Origin: a bacterium
Lineage (GTDB): Bacteria > Spirochaetota > Spirochaetia > Treponematales > Treponemataceae
Assembly: GCA_963599585.1 (NCBI GenBank)
Contig: CAVBXG010000003.1
Location: 11,346 to 75,345, forward strand
Direction: 5' to 3'
Length of the DNA: 64,000 bases
The position numbers were made by a program, and so were the translations under genes. The notes under the pieces were generated by a model. That model ran no database searches, was not told the DNA's origin, and saw nothing but the letters and a program-made list of their open reading frames with translations. Within the stretch, counting starts at the first letter, position 1; the number at the start of each line of letters is the position of its first letter. Below, piece after piece: positions 56,271 to 63,409 of this stretch.

Positions 56271-57459
56271 CTCCGCTTATTGAATCAACTTTTACAAAAC
56301 TTTCATTCATACTTTTTACATATTCATTTTCGGAATTACAGCGCGAAGCATTAACAACAAATCCGCACATGCAAAGCGTAATTATTATGGAAGAACCTCC
56401 CGAAGAAAAAAACGGAAGAGGAATTCCCGTGGAAGGCAATGCGCCGCCAACAACCGCAATATTCATCAAAGACTGAAGAACAATCATCGATATAAATCCG
56501 AATGACGCATAGGAAGCAAAACGGTTCTTGCAGCCAAAAGAGATTTTCAGCCCTCTGAACGCAAAAAACGCAAGCACCAGAAAATAGATTACAACGCCAA
56601 AAAGTCCCATCGCCTCTGCCCAGGAAGCAAAAATGTAGTCAGTCTGAACCTCAGGAATTTTATTGCTCTGAACAAGGCTCGAACCGATTCCCGCGCCCCA
56701 AAATCCGCCCGCGCTGATTGCACGCTTTGAGCTCATCGCCTGATAGTTTGAATTCGCTAAATCTTCATTCGGATTCAAGAAAGCGATAATTCGGTCAATC
56801 CTGTAAGATTCATTTAAAACATAAAAAACAAAAAAAAGCGCGACCAAAAACGAGACAAACCAGAACCAGCGCACCTTCACATGACAGCACCAGAACATTC
56901 CGCACGCAAAAAGATACAAAAAAACTGAAGTTGAAAAATCCTTCTGCGTAAGAACAAATCCGACCAGAAGAAGCATCACTGCAACCGCGCCAAAAACATT
57001 TTTTTCTTCCTCAGATTTCGCAGAATATTTATCAAAGAAATTCGCAAGAAAAATCACAAGCGTAAATTTAACAACTTCCGAAGTTTGAAGCGTAAACCCG
57101 CCAAAAGGAATTTTCAGCCACCGGCGCGCTCCGTTACGTTCAACAGAAAGAGGTTTTATGTAAGTGCAGATGCACAAGATAATCGTGATAAATAAAATCA
57201 GCGGAATCGCCTTTCTGATTTTTTCAATTGGAACCAAGGAAAGAAAAAGAAATCCCACTCCACCAGCAAGAACGCAGATAAGCTGGCGGCGCACAAAATA
57301 AAAAGAATCGTGGAAAAATCTTAGTCCGGCAGACTGAGAGCAAAAATACAGCGTAAAAAGTCCAAGTCCAAGAATGAAAATAAGAGCAACCAGAAAGCTG
57401 TTGTCACTTTTGTTGTAGCTTTCAACAGTTTTATCAATGCTGAATTTATAGTTTCCCAT
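56254..57459 (-). CDS. ftsW: SEDS-family peptidoglycan polymerase FtsW
   Basis: Polytopic membrane protein with LQTSEVVKFTLVIFLA and PEVQTDYIFA/LPSTGIPLPFFSSGGSS SEDS motifs. Confidence 0.9.
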   Translation of the reverse strand: MGNYKFSIDKTVESYNKSDNSFLVALIFILGLGLFTLYFCSQSAGLRFFHDSFYFVRRQLICVLAGGVGFLFLSLVPIEKIRKAIPLILFITIILCICTYIKPLSVERNGARRWLKIPFGGFTLQTSEVVKFTLVIFLANFFDKYSAKSEEEKNVFGAVAVMLLLVGFVLTQKDFSTSVFLYLFACGMFWCCHVKVRWFWFVSFLVALFFVFYVLNESYRIDRIIAFLNPNEDLANSNYQAMSSKRAISAGGFWGAGIGSSLVQSNKIPEVQTDYIFASWAEAMGLFGVVIYFLVLAFFAFRGLKISFGCKNRFASYASFGFISMIVLQSLMNIAVVGGALPSTGIPLPFFSSGGSSIIITLCMCGFVVNASRCNSENEYVKSMNESFVKVDSISGVDVYE

Positions 57460-58910
57460 TATTTTTCCTCTCCACTGATAACAGAAACAATTCTTTCAAG
57501 CGCAATTCCGCGGCTGGCTTTTATAAGAACAACATCGTCATTTTTTACCGCCAGAAGAATTTCTTTTCCAGCCTGCTCAATCGCATTCTCATCGTGCTGC
57601 TCAATATATTTTGCGTTTTTAAATCCACTTTTTTCAAGCGCATCAAAACCGCTTTTCATCTCTTTTCCAACAAGAATAACAAGTTTTGGATTTGAACCGG
57701 CGGCTTTAAGCGCAACCTTTTCGTGTTCAGAAGCAGATTTTTCGCCAAGCTCAAGCATATCGCCAAGAACATAGATTTTTTCATTCACATTTTTAAGAGA
57801 TGAGCAAAAATCAAGAACGCTCAACATTGAATCAGGATTCGCGTTGTAGCAGTCTTTTATCAGCGTAACGTTCGCGCCATTTTTCAGCAAAATGCGGCTG
57901 GTTTCCATTCTTCCGTTCACTGAGTCAACATTTTCAAGACCGTTTTTTATCTGCTCTGCGGAAAGTCCAAGCGTCTTTCCAACCGCACATGCGCCAAGAG
58001 CATTTCTGTAGTTGTATATTCCCGGATTTTTAAGATGAATTTTTATTCCATCCAGCGAAAATTCAGTTCCTTCAAGCCCCAAGTCTTCAACATATTTTGC
58101 GCCGGAAGTTTTTTCAGGAACAGAATTTCCATAATAAACAATTGAGCCGCGCACGTTTTCACCAAGAAATTCTGCAAAATCATCCTCGGCAGGAATAAAA
58201 GCAACTCCATCCTGCGGAATATATTTAAAAATCTTACGTTTTTCGATTGCAATGTTTTTGCGGCTTCCCAAAATTCCAATGTGAGCCGTTCCAATATTTG
58301 TAATCAGTGCATATTTCGGCTTTAAAACAGCGGCAATCTCGCCAATCTCATCTTTCCGGTTCATTCCCATCTCAAAAACACCGACTTCATGTTCCGCGCG
58401 GATATTAAAAACTGAAAGAGGAAGCCCGGTCTCGGAATTAAAATTTCCCTGCGTGTAAACAACATTGAATTTCTGCTTTAAAACTGAAACAACCATTTCT
58501 TTTGTGGTGGTTTTTCCGCTTGAGCCTGTGATTCCAACTTTTATAAGCGAAGGAAATTTCTCAACATAAGCGGCGGCCGCATCCTGCAAAGCCTTTAAAG
58601 TGTTTTTTACAACAATAAAAGAAAGCGAAGGATTTTTTTCCGCAAGTGAATCATATTTTTCAGGCTCGGAATTGTATTCATTTTCCGCAACAAAAATCAC
58701 TGAAGCGCCTTTTTCAACCGCGGAAGGAATATATTTGTGTCCGTCCTGATTCTGCCCGATAAGAGGAACAAAAAGGCTTCCCTTAGAAACATTGCGGCTG
58801 TCTGTTGTTACAGAAGAAAACGCAAACTCAGCCTTGTTTTTTTCGTTTCCAACAAATTTTCCGTTTACAGCGGACAAAATTTCATTCAAATTCAACAAAG
58901 ATATTTTCAA
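57459..58910 (-). CDS. murF: UDP-N-acetylmuramoyl-tripeptide--D-alanyl-D-alanine ligase MurF
   Basis: Mur ligase P-loop GITGSSGKTTTKEM and MurF-type N-terminus (SVTTDSRNVSKGSLFVPL). Confidence 0.9.
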   Translation of the reverse strand: MKISLLNLNEILSAVNGKFVGNEKNKAEFAFSSVTTDSRNVSKGSLFVPLIGQNQDGHKYIPSAVEKGASVIFVAENEYNSEPEKYDSLAEKNPSLSFIVVKNTLKALQDAAAAYVEKFPSLIKVGITGSSGKTTTKEMVVSVLKQKFNVVYTQGNFNSETGLPLSVFNIRAEHEVGVFEMGMNRKDEIGEIAAVLKPKYALITNIGTAHIGILGSRKNIAIEKRKIFKYIPQDGVAFIPAEDDFAEFLGENVRGSIVYYGNSVPEKTSGAKYVEDLGLEGTEFSLDGIKIHLKNPGIYNYRNALGACAVGKTLGLSAEQIKNGLENVDSVNGRMETSRILLKNGANVTLIKDCYNANPDSMLSVLDFCSSLKNVNEKIYVLGDMLELGEKSASEHEKVALKAAGSNPKLVILVGKEMKSGFDALEKSGFKNAKYIEQHDENAIEQAGKEILLAVKNDDVVLIKASRGIALERIVSVISGEEK

Positions 58911-58919
58911 AGCAATCTC

Positions 58920-59222
58920 CTATCTCTTTGAACCGTTCATTTCCACGCGGACAATATCTTCAGTTTCAGCCTTGTGCATTCCCAGTTCTTCGGAAGCAAT
59001 TTTTTCAATTCTATCTGTACTTGAAAGCAGACTTATGTCGCTAACAAGTTTTTTATTCTGTTCAATAAGACGTTCCTGCTTTGACTCAAGGTCAGCAATC
59101 TCGCGCGAAAGCTCCGCATATCTTCTTGTCTGAACCGCATACGCCAGCAAAAGAAGAGGAATAGAAACTGCAAGCAGGCAAACGCCGATTTTGTAAAATA
59201 CATTTTTCACAACGCTGTTCAT
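58920..59222 (-). CDS. ftsL: FtsL-like cell division protein (single TM plus coiled coil)
   Basis: TM helix IGVCLLAVSIPLLLLAY followed by the coiled coil ELSREIADLESKQERLIEQNKKL. It lies between rsmH and murF. ATG 59222 overlaps the rsmH TGA by 1 nt. Confidence 0.55.
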   Translation of the reverse strand: MNSVVKNVFYKIGVCLLAVSIPLLLLAYAVQTRRYAELSREIADLESKQERLIEQNKKLVSDISLLSSTDRIEKIASEELGMHKAETEDIVRVEMNGSKR

Positions 59223-60226
59223 CAGTAACCTTCCACTCCCCAAAGATGATATTTTGTCGCGTCACGAAGTTTTTTCACAACCCTGAGCTTTGCACTGCGC
59301 GACGGAGAATTTTCCCTGATTTCTTCCTCGGTCGGTCCGACTGGTTTTCGCGTAAGAATTTCTGCGCAAGGTTCGCCACCGCAACGGCAGGAAGAAACTT
59401 CCGGCGGACACACACATTTTTTTCCAAGATTCCGGAAATAATTTTTCACAATCCGGTCTTCCAAAGAATGAAACGTTATCACGCCAATTTTTCCGCCCAC
59501 ATTCAGATTGTTGAACGCATTGTGCAAAGCATCAGGAATATGACGAAGCTCGCTGTTCACCGCAATTCTTAACGCCTGAAAAGTTCTTGTTGCCGGATGA
59601 ATCTGCCCATAACGGTAATTTGCCGGCACCGCGTTAAAAATTATCTCAGCAAGCACTTTTGAAGACTCAATCTTCCCGCCATTCCTTGCTTCCACAATCG
59701 CACGAGCAATTCTGCGGCTAAGTTTTTCCTCACCATAAAGATAAATAAGGTTTGCCAGTTCCTCTTCGTTCATGCCGTTTACAATATCCGCCGCCGACTC
59801 ATTTTCAGAATCCGGATCAAGGCGCATATCAAGAGGCTCGTCATACCTAAAAGAAAAACCGCGACCGCTCCGCTCATAATGAAACACGGAAATTCCCAAA
59901 TCAAAAAGAATCAAATCCGGTTTCGGAAATTCGGCTGGATACGACGCATAAAAATCGTTGAACCAGCCATTATAAAAATGCATTCTGTCCCCATAAGGCG
60001 CAAGTCTTTCCTTGGCGCGCGACTGGATAACAGAATCTGCATCAATACCAATAATATTTAAAGAAGGAAAAGTTGAAAGAAAAGCATTTGAATGACCGCC
60101 TTCCCCCAAAGTAGAATCAACCATCCATGCAGAATTTTCGTAAGGCTCGCCCACAGGACTAAGATATTCAAGGCAAGGCTTTAACAAAACTGGAGTATGA
60201 ACGATTTCCACTTTAATTCCCCACAA
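59222..60226 (-). CDS. rsmH: 16S rRNA (cytosine1402-N4)-methyltransferase RsmH (MraW)
   Basis: HTPVLLKPCLEYL, DSTLGEGGHS, DLGISVFHYE and ITFHSLEDRIVK motifs. Confidence 0.95.
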   Translation of the reverse strand: MWGIKVEIVHTPVLLKPCLEYLSPVGEPYENSAWMVDSTLGEGGHSNAFLSTFPSLNIIGIDADSVIQSRAKERLAPYGDRMHFYNGWFNDFYASYPAEFPKPDLILFDLGISVFHYERSGRGFSFRYDEPLDMRLDPDSENESAADIVNGMNEEELANLIYLYGEEKLSRRIARAIVEARNGGKIESSKVLAEIIFNAVPANYRYGQIHPATRTFQALRIAVNSELRHIPDALHNAFNNLNVGGKIGVITFHSLEDRIVKNYFRNLGKKCVCPPEVSSCRCGGEPCAEILTRKPVGPTEEEIRENSPSRSAKLRVVKKLRDATKYHLWGVEGY

Positions 60227-60229
60227 AAA

Positions 60230-60673
60230 CTAGAAGCTTATATCTTTAAACTGCTCACTTGCTTCCAGAAGTTTATCTTCAGTTTCTGCCATATAATTTT
60301 CATAGGACTGCGCATCCCAAAGCTCAATGAATTTCTGCTCACCAAGAAAAACGCAATCTTTTGAAAGAGAGGCATACTCCCTTAAGCTCTGCGGGATTGA
60401 AAGACGACCGGATTTATCAAACTCAATTTCCTGAGCCGGCGCAATAAAACGCCGCATGATAATCCTGTTCTGCTCACTGAAAGGAGAAGCGTTTGCCATA
60501 AGTTTTGCAGACATATTCTCCCATTCTTCCGTAGTAAAAAGCCACAAACACCGCTCGATTGCCTTTGTAACAATCATGACATTTGAAGAAATTCCGGCAC
60601 GCAACTTTGAAGGAAACATAATACGACCTTTTTCATCCAGCGTATTTTTATATTCACCTGTAAGAAGTTTCAT
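60230..60673 (-). CDS. mraZ: Transcriptional regulator MraZ
   Basis: Two SpoVT/AbrB-like repeats with DEKGRIMFPSKLR and DKSGRLSIPQSLR. ATG 60673 gives the canonical MKLLTGEY start. The upstream GTG at 60688 lies in the putative operator. Confidence 0.95.
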   Translation of the reverse strand: MKLLTGEYKNTLDEKGRIMFPSKLRAGISSNVMIVTKAIERCLWLFTTEEWENMSAKLMANASPFSEQNRIIMRRFIAPAQEIEFDKSGRLSIPQSLREYASLSKDCVFLGEQKFIELWDAQSYENYMAETEDKLLEASEQFKDISF

Positions 60674-60683
60674 GCCATTTTCT

Positions 60684-60710
60684 TCCACTTTTTACTACTT
60701 TTTCCCACTT
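60684..60710 (-). promoter_or_regulatory. Putative MraZ operator: three AAGTGGG / AAGTAGT / AAGTGGA boxes with exact 10-nt phasing in the mraZ leader
   Basis: Minus strand reads AAGTGGGaaAAAGTAGTaaAAAGTGGAagaaaATGGC ATG. The plus-strand CAC cores end at 60708, 60698 and 60688. Confidence 0.5.
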
Positions 60711-60717
60711 AATTAAC

Positions 60718-60745
60718 ATTTTAGTCAACAAATTCATAAAGTCAA
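60718..60745 (-). promoter_or_regulatory. Sigma70-type promoter TTGACT-N16-TAAAAT of the mraZ (dcw) operon
   Basis: The -35 is at 60745..60740 and the -10 at 60723..60718. The predicted TSS near 60711 gives a leader of about 38 nt. Confidence 0.5.
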
Positions 60746-60764
60746 TTGCAAAAAATGCCGATAA
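60737..60764 (+). promoter_or_regulatory. Sigma28 (FliA)-type promoter TAAAGTCA-N12-GCCGATAA
   Basis: TAAA at 60737..60740, a 16-nt gap, then an exact GCCGATAA at 60757..60764. It is intergenic, points toward the ORF at 60835, and overlaps the mraZ -35 on the opposite strand. Confidence 0.45.
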
Positions 60765-60773
60765 TTGCAAAAA
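60744..60773. repeat. 11-nt direct repeat AATTGCAAAAA x2 flanking the GCCGATAA element
   Basis: Copies at 60744..60754 and 60763..60773, read directly from the sequence. Confidence 0.8.
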
Positions 60774-60834
60774 GTTACAAGTTTCAGTATATTTTTCCAC
60801 ATATCCGTATAGCAAACAGAAGCAAAGCAGAAAA

Positions 60835-61569
60835 ATGATAAACACGTACAAAGAAAGCAGCCTCCACCGGACACTAAAGGAACTTTACGCGCTAGAAGAA
60901 GACTCAAAAACAGAAGTTGAAGCCGATGGCTACATTTATGACATACTGACAAAAGACGGAAATGTGATTGAAATCCAGACGCAAAACCTTGGAAAACTCC
61001 TAAAAAAAATCCAGAACGCGCTTTCCAAGAACAGAAAATGCAAAATCGTCCATCCAGTTGCCGTTTCAAAAATGATAGAAACGTACTCAGAAGACGGAAT
61101 TCTTCTAAAAAAAAGCCGAAGTCCCAAAAAACAGAACGAATATACAATGCTAAAGGAACTGACCGGCCTTTACCCTATTCTGCTTGAAAAAAATTTCACA
61201 CTTGAAATTCTTTTTGTAAAAACAACAGAAATCCGCACAAAAACAAGAACTCCAGAACAGTCCGAAAACAAAAGAAGAAGATTCAAAAAAGACTGGCAAA
61301 AAACAGACAAAAAATTGAATGAAATAATAGAAACAAAAATTTTTTCAAGCCCGAAAAATTATCTGGAACTTCTCCCGGAAAACCTTCCAGAAGAATTCTG
61401 CGCAAAAGATATTGCAGACGCTTTCAAGAACGACAAGACAAAACCAAAAAACGCATTAAATTTTTCAAATCTGATTGCATGGCTTTTTGTAAGAATGAAC
61501 ATTTTTGAACAGACTTCATCAAAAGGCAGAACAAAGTTCTATAAAATTTCAGAAAAATTTAAATATTAA
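60835..61569 (+). CDS. Hypothetical protein with a CoiA-like PD-(D/E)xK nuclease-type N-terminal motif
   Basis: 244 aa. SLHRTLKELY...EVEADGYIYDILTKDGNVIEIQTQNLGKLLKKI...IVHPV resembles the D...E-x-Q core of CoiA-like restriction-endonuclease-fold proteins. The C-terminal half is basic. The RBS is weak. Confidence 0.5.
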   Translation: MINTYKESSLHRTLKELYALEEDSKTEVEADGYIYDILTKDGNVIEIQTQNLGKLLKKIQNALSKNRKCKIVHPVAVSKMIETYSEDGILLKKSRSPKKQNEYTMLKELTGLYPILLEKNFTLEILFVKTTEIRTKTRTPEQSENKRRRFKKDWQKTDKKLNEIIETKIFSSPKNYLELLPENLPEEFCAKDIADAFKNDKTKPKNALNFSNLIAWLFVRMNIFEQTSSKGRTKFYKISEKFKY

Positions 61570-61576
61570 AAAGACA

Positions 61577-61608
61577 TAAAAAAAGCTGCCTGAAAATTCA
61601 AGCAGCTT
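61577..61608 (-). terminator. Rho-independent terminator after the flaA pair
   Basis: Minus strand reads AAGCTGC - loop - GCAGCTT followed by T7, 20 nt downstream of the flaA stop. It lies between convergent genes. Confidence 0.65.
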
Positions 61609-61627
61609 TCGCAGTAATTATTTTAAA

Positions 61628-62341
61628 TTACCAGGCATCAGACATATCATCAACATCCTGATTTTCCAAATCATAAAGATCTGTTACACAACGAAGGTCA
61701 TCAAGATACATATAATATGTACCGCGGGCAAGCATTGGATTACAGTCTACGCGGAAACCAATAATGCGAAGTCCCGGTTTATTTCCGTAATATGCGCTGT
61801 GCTGAACAATTCCATGCTCACTGTCCGGGCTAGGAGGAATTACACAAGTAAGTTTTTTCCAGCCAGAAAAACCAAGGTTACCCATATAAAGCTCATAGCT
61901 TCGGCCAAAGTAATCTTCAACCAAAAGATACATATCGTGTCCCTGATTGCGTCCGCAAACCCAAACAGAAACTGTTTTTACAATACCTTCTGTTGCAATC
62001 GGACGCTGAGCTGTAATGTAGAAAGAGTTTACACCACGGCGGAAAAATTCAACTTTTACACCAAGAACCTGAGTATCCTCAGCATCCTCATCACCTTTCA
62101 AAGGCTCTTTCATAGCTGGAGAACCTTCAAAATTGCGTGCTGAAATCACACCATAATCAGGCGACATATGAACAAACCACGAACCATCACGCTCAAATCT
62201 GTCCAAAGACTGTTCGCGCAAAGCCTGCATAGCAGAATCATTTCCAACAGTTTCCGGATTAGGATCTTCAACAAGACTATTCTGAGCAAAAACCGCACAA
62301 GCAGCGGCTGCAACTAAAACAGACAAAAGAAACTTTTTCAT
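61628..62341 (-). CDS. flaA: Flagellar filament outer-layer (sheath) protein FlaA family, paralogue 1
   Basis: Signal peptide followed by LGVKVEFFRRGVNSFYITAQRPI...VSVWVCGRNQGHDMYLLVEDYFGRSYELYMGNLGFSGWKKLTCVIP...IIGFRVDC...YYMYLDDLR, the FlaA-domain pattern of spirochaetes. Confidence 0.7.
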   Translation of the reverse strand: MKKFLLSVLVAAAACAVFAQNSLVEDPNPETVGNDSAMQALREQSLDRFERDGSWFVHMSPDYGVISARNFEGSPAMKEPLKGDEDAEDTQVLGVKVEFFRRGVNSFYITAQRPIATEGIVKTVSVWVCGRNQGHDMYLLVEDYFGRSYELYMGNLGFSGWKKLTCVIPPSPDSEHGIVQHSAYYGNKPGLRIIGFRVDCNPMLARGTYYMYLDDLRCVTDLYDLENQDVDDMSDAW

Positions 62342-62343
62342 TA

Positions 62344-63099
62344 TTATTTAGCCTCCGAAGAAGATGTTGATGAAGAAGAACCAGCGTTAGCAGCGTTTGA
62401 ACCAGTTTCCGCATCGCTAAAATCCTGATCTTTCAACTCATAACCATCATAGATGTATGACAAAGAATTAGACATATACTTAATGTTGTCAAAATAAATT
62501 GTAAAATCATCAACATACTCAGCAGCATCTGAACGAACTCTGAATCCAACAAAAGAAAGATTTCTTGGACCAGAGCGAAGTCTTGAATGCTGACTTATCC
62601 AGCCAGGAATTTTTACAATAACGTTTTTCCATCCGTTGAAGCGAGTATTGCATACAGGCAGAACGTGAACACGTCCGTCTGCATCACGAATCATAACTTC
62701 CAGATAATAGAGGTAATTTGCACCCCAAACCCAGAAATCAAGATGATCAACATTGCCAACAAACGGTGGCTCATAAGTCTTTCCATCTTTCATTGGAATA
62801 ATTTCAAGCCAGTTATCACCCTTTCTGTCGAAAGCAGCGTTAATTCCAAGAACTTTTGGTTCAACATCAGCTGGCTGGAACGGCTTCAAAGAATTAGGAA
62901 TTCCATTGAAATAACCAAACTTCGGATACCCTTCAGCAACAAATCGGCTGGCATTTACTGTCCAAGTCCATTCCTTTTCCGTGTCAAAGTTATCAATTGT
63001 GAATGTTTCAACACTTTTTGAGTTTGGCTGACTGAATGCCGGAATGCAAAGCGCAAAAAGCAGTGCAAGATTTACAAAGACCATCAAGCCCTTTTTCAT
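62344..63099 (-). CDS. flaA: Flagellar filament outer-layer (sheath) protein FlaA family, paralogue 2
   Basis: ATG 63099 is preceded by AGGAG. Signal peptide MKKGLMVFVNLALLFALCIPAFSQ. LGINAAFDRKGDNWLEIIP...LDFWVWGANYLYYLEVMIRDADGRVHVLPVCNTRFNGWKNVIVKIP...FVGFRVRS...IYFDNIKY parallels paralogue 1. Confidence 0.7.
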   Translation of the reverse strand: MKKGLMVFVNLALLFALCIPAFSQPNSKSVETFTIDNFDTEKEWTWTVNASRFVAEGYPKFGYFNGIPNSLKPFQPADVEPKVLGINAAFDRKGDNWLEIIPMKDGKTYEPPFVGNVDHLDFWVWGANYLYYLEVMIRDADGRVHVLPVCNTRFNGWKNVIVKIPGWISQHSRLRSGPRNLSFVGFRVRSDAAEYVDDFTIYFDNIKYMSNSLSYIYDGYELKDQDFSDAETGSNAANAGSSSSTSSSEAK

Positions 63100-63233
63100 G
63101 TAAAACTCCTTATACCATATTACATTCCGAAAATGGAATGTCTCATTCAAGATTATCGGAATAAATATATTTAATGTTTACAATTTTTACTTGTTCAAAA
63201 ATTAAGAAATTCAATTCTTGATAAGCCATTACA

Positions 63234-63262
63234 ATTATATTTACAGTATTATCATTTGTCAA
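63234..63262 (-). promoter_or_regulatory. Consensus sigma70 promoter TTGACA-N17-TATAAT for the flaA pair
   Basis: The -35 is at 63262..63257 and the -10 at 63239..63234. Both hexamers match consensus perfectly with a 17-nt spacer. The predicted leader is about 128 nt. Confidence 0.65.
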
Positions 63263-63409
63263 ATTGTTTACCAATAAAAAAACGCTTCTTACGGATTTTC
63301 AATCATCAGAAATTATGATAGGATAATTGATGTCTGGAAATACAATTTTTCAGAAAATCGTGCAAGGTCATGAGTTGTACGATTATCGAAATATTTTGGA
63401 GGTCATAAA

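Noticed and set aside
60734-61147. 137-aa minus-strand ORF overlapping the 5' half of the 244-aa plus-strand ORF
   Set aside because: Its hydrophobic, F/L/C-rich translation is typical of a K/E-rich gene read in antisense. The plus-strand product has a recognisable motif block. It would also run through the mraZ promoter region.
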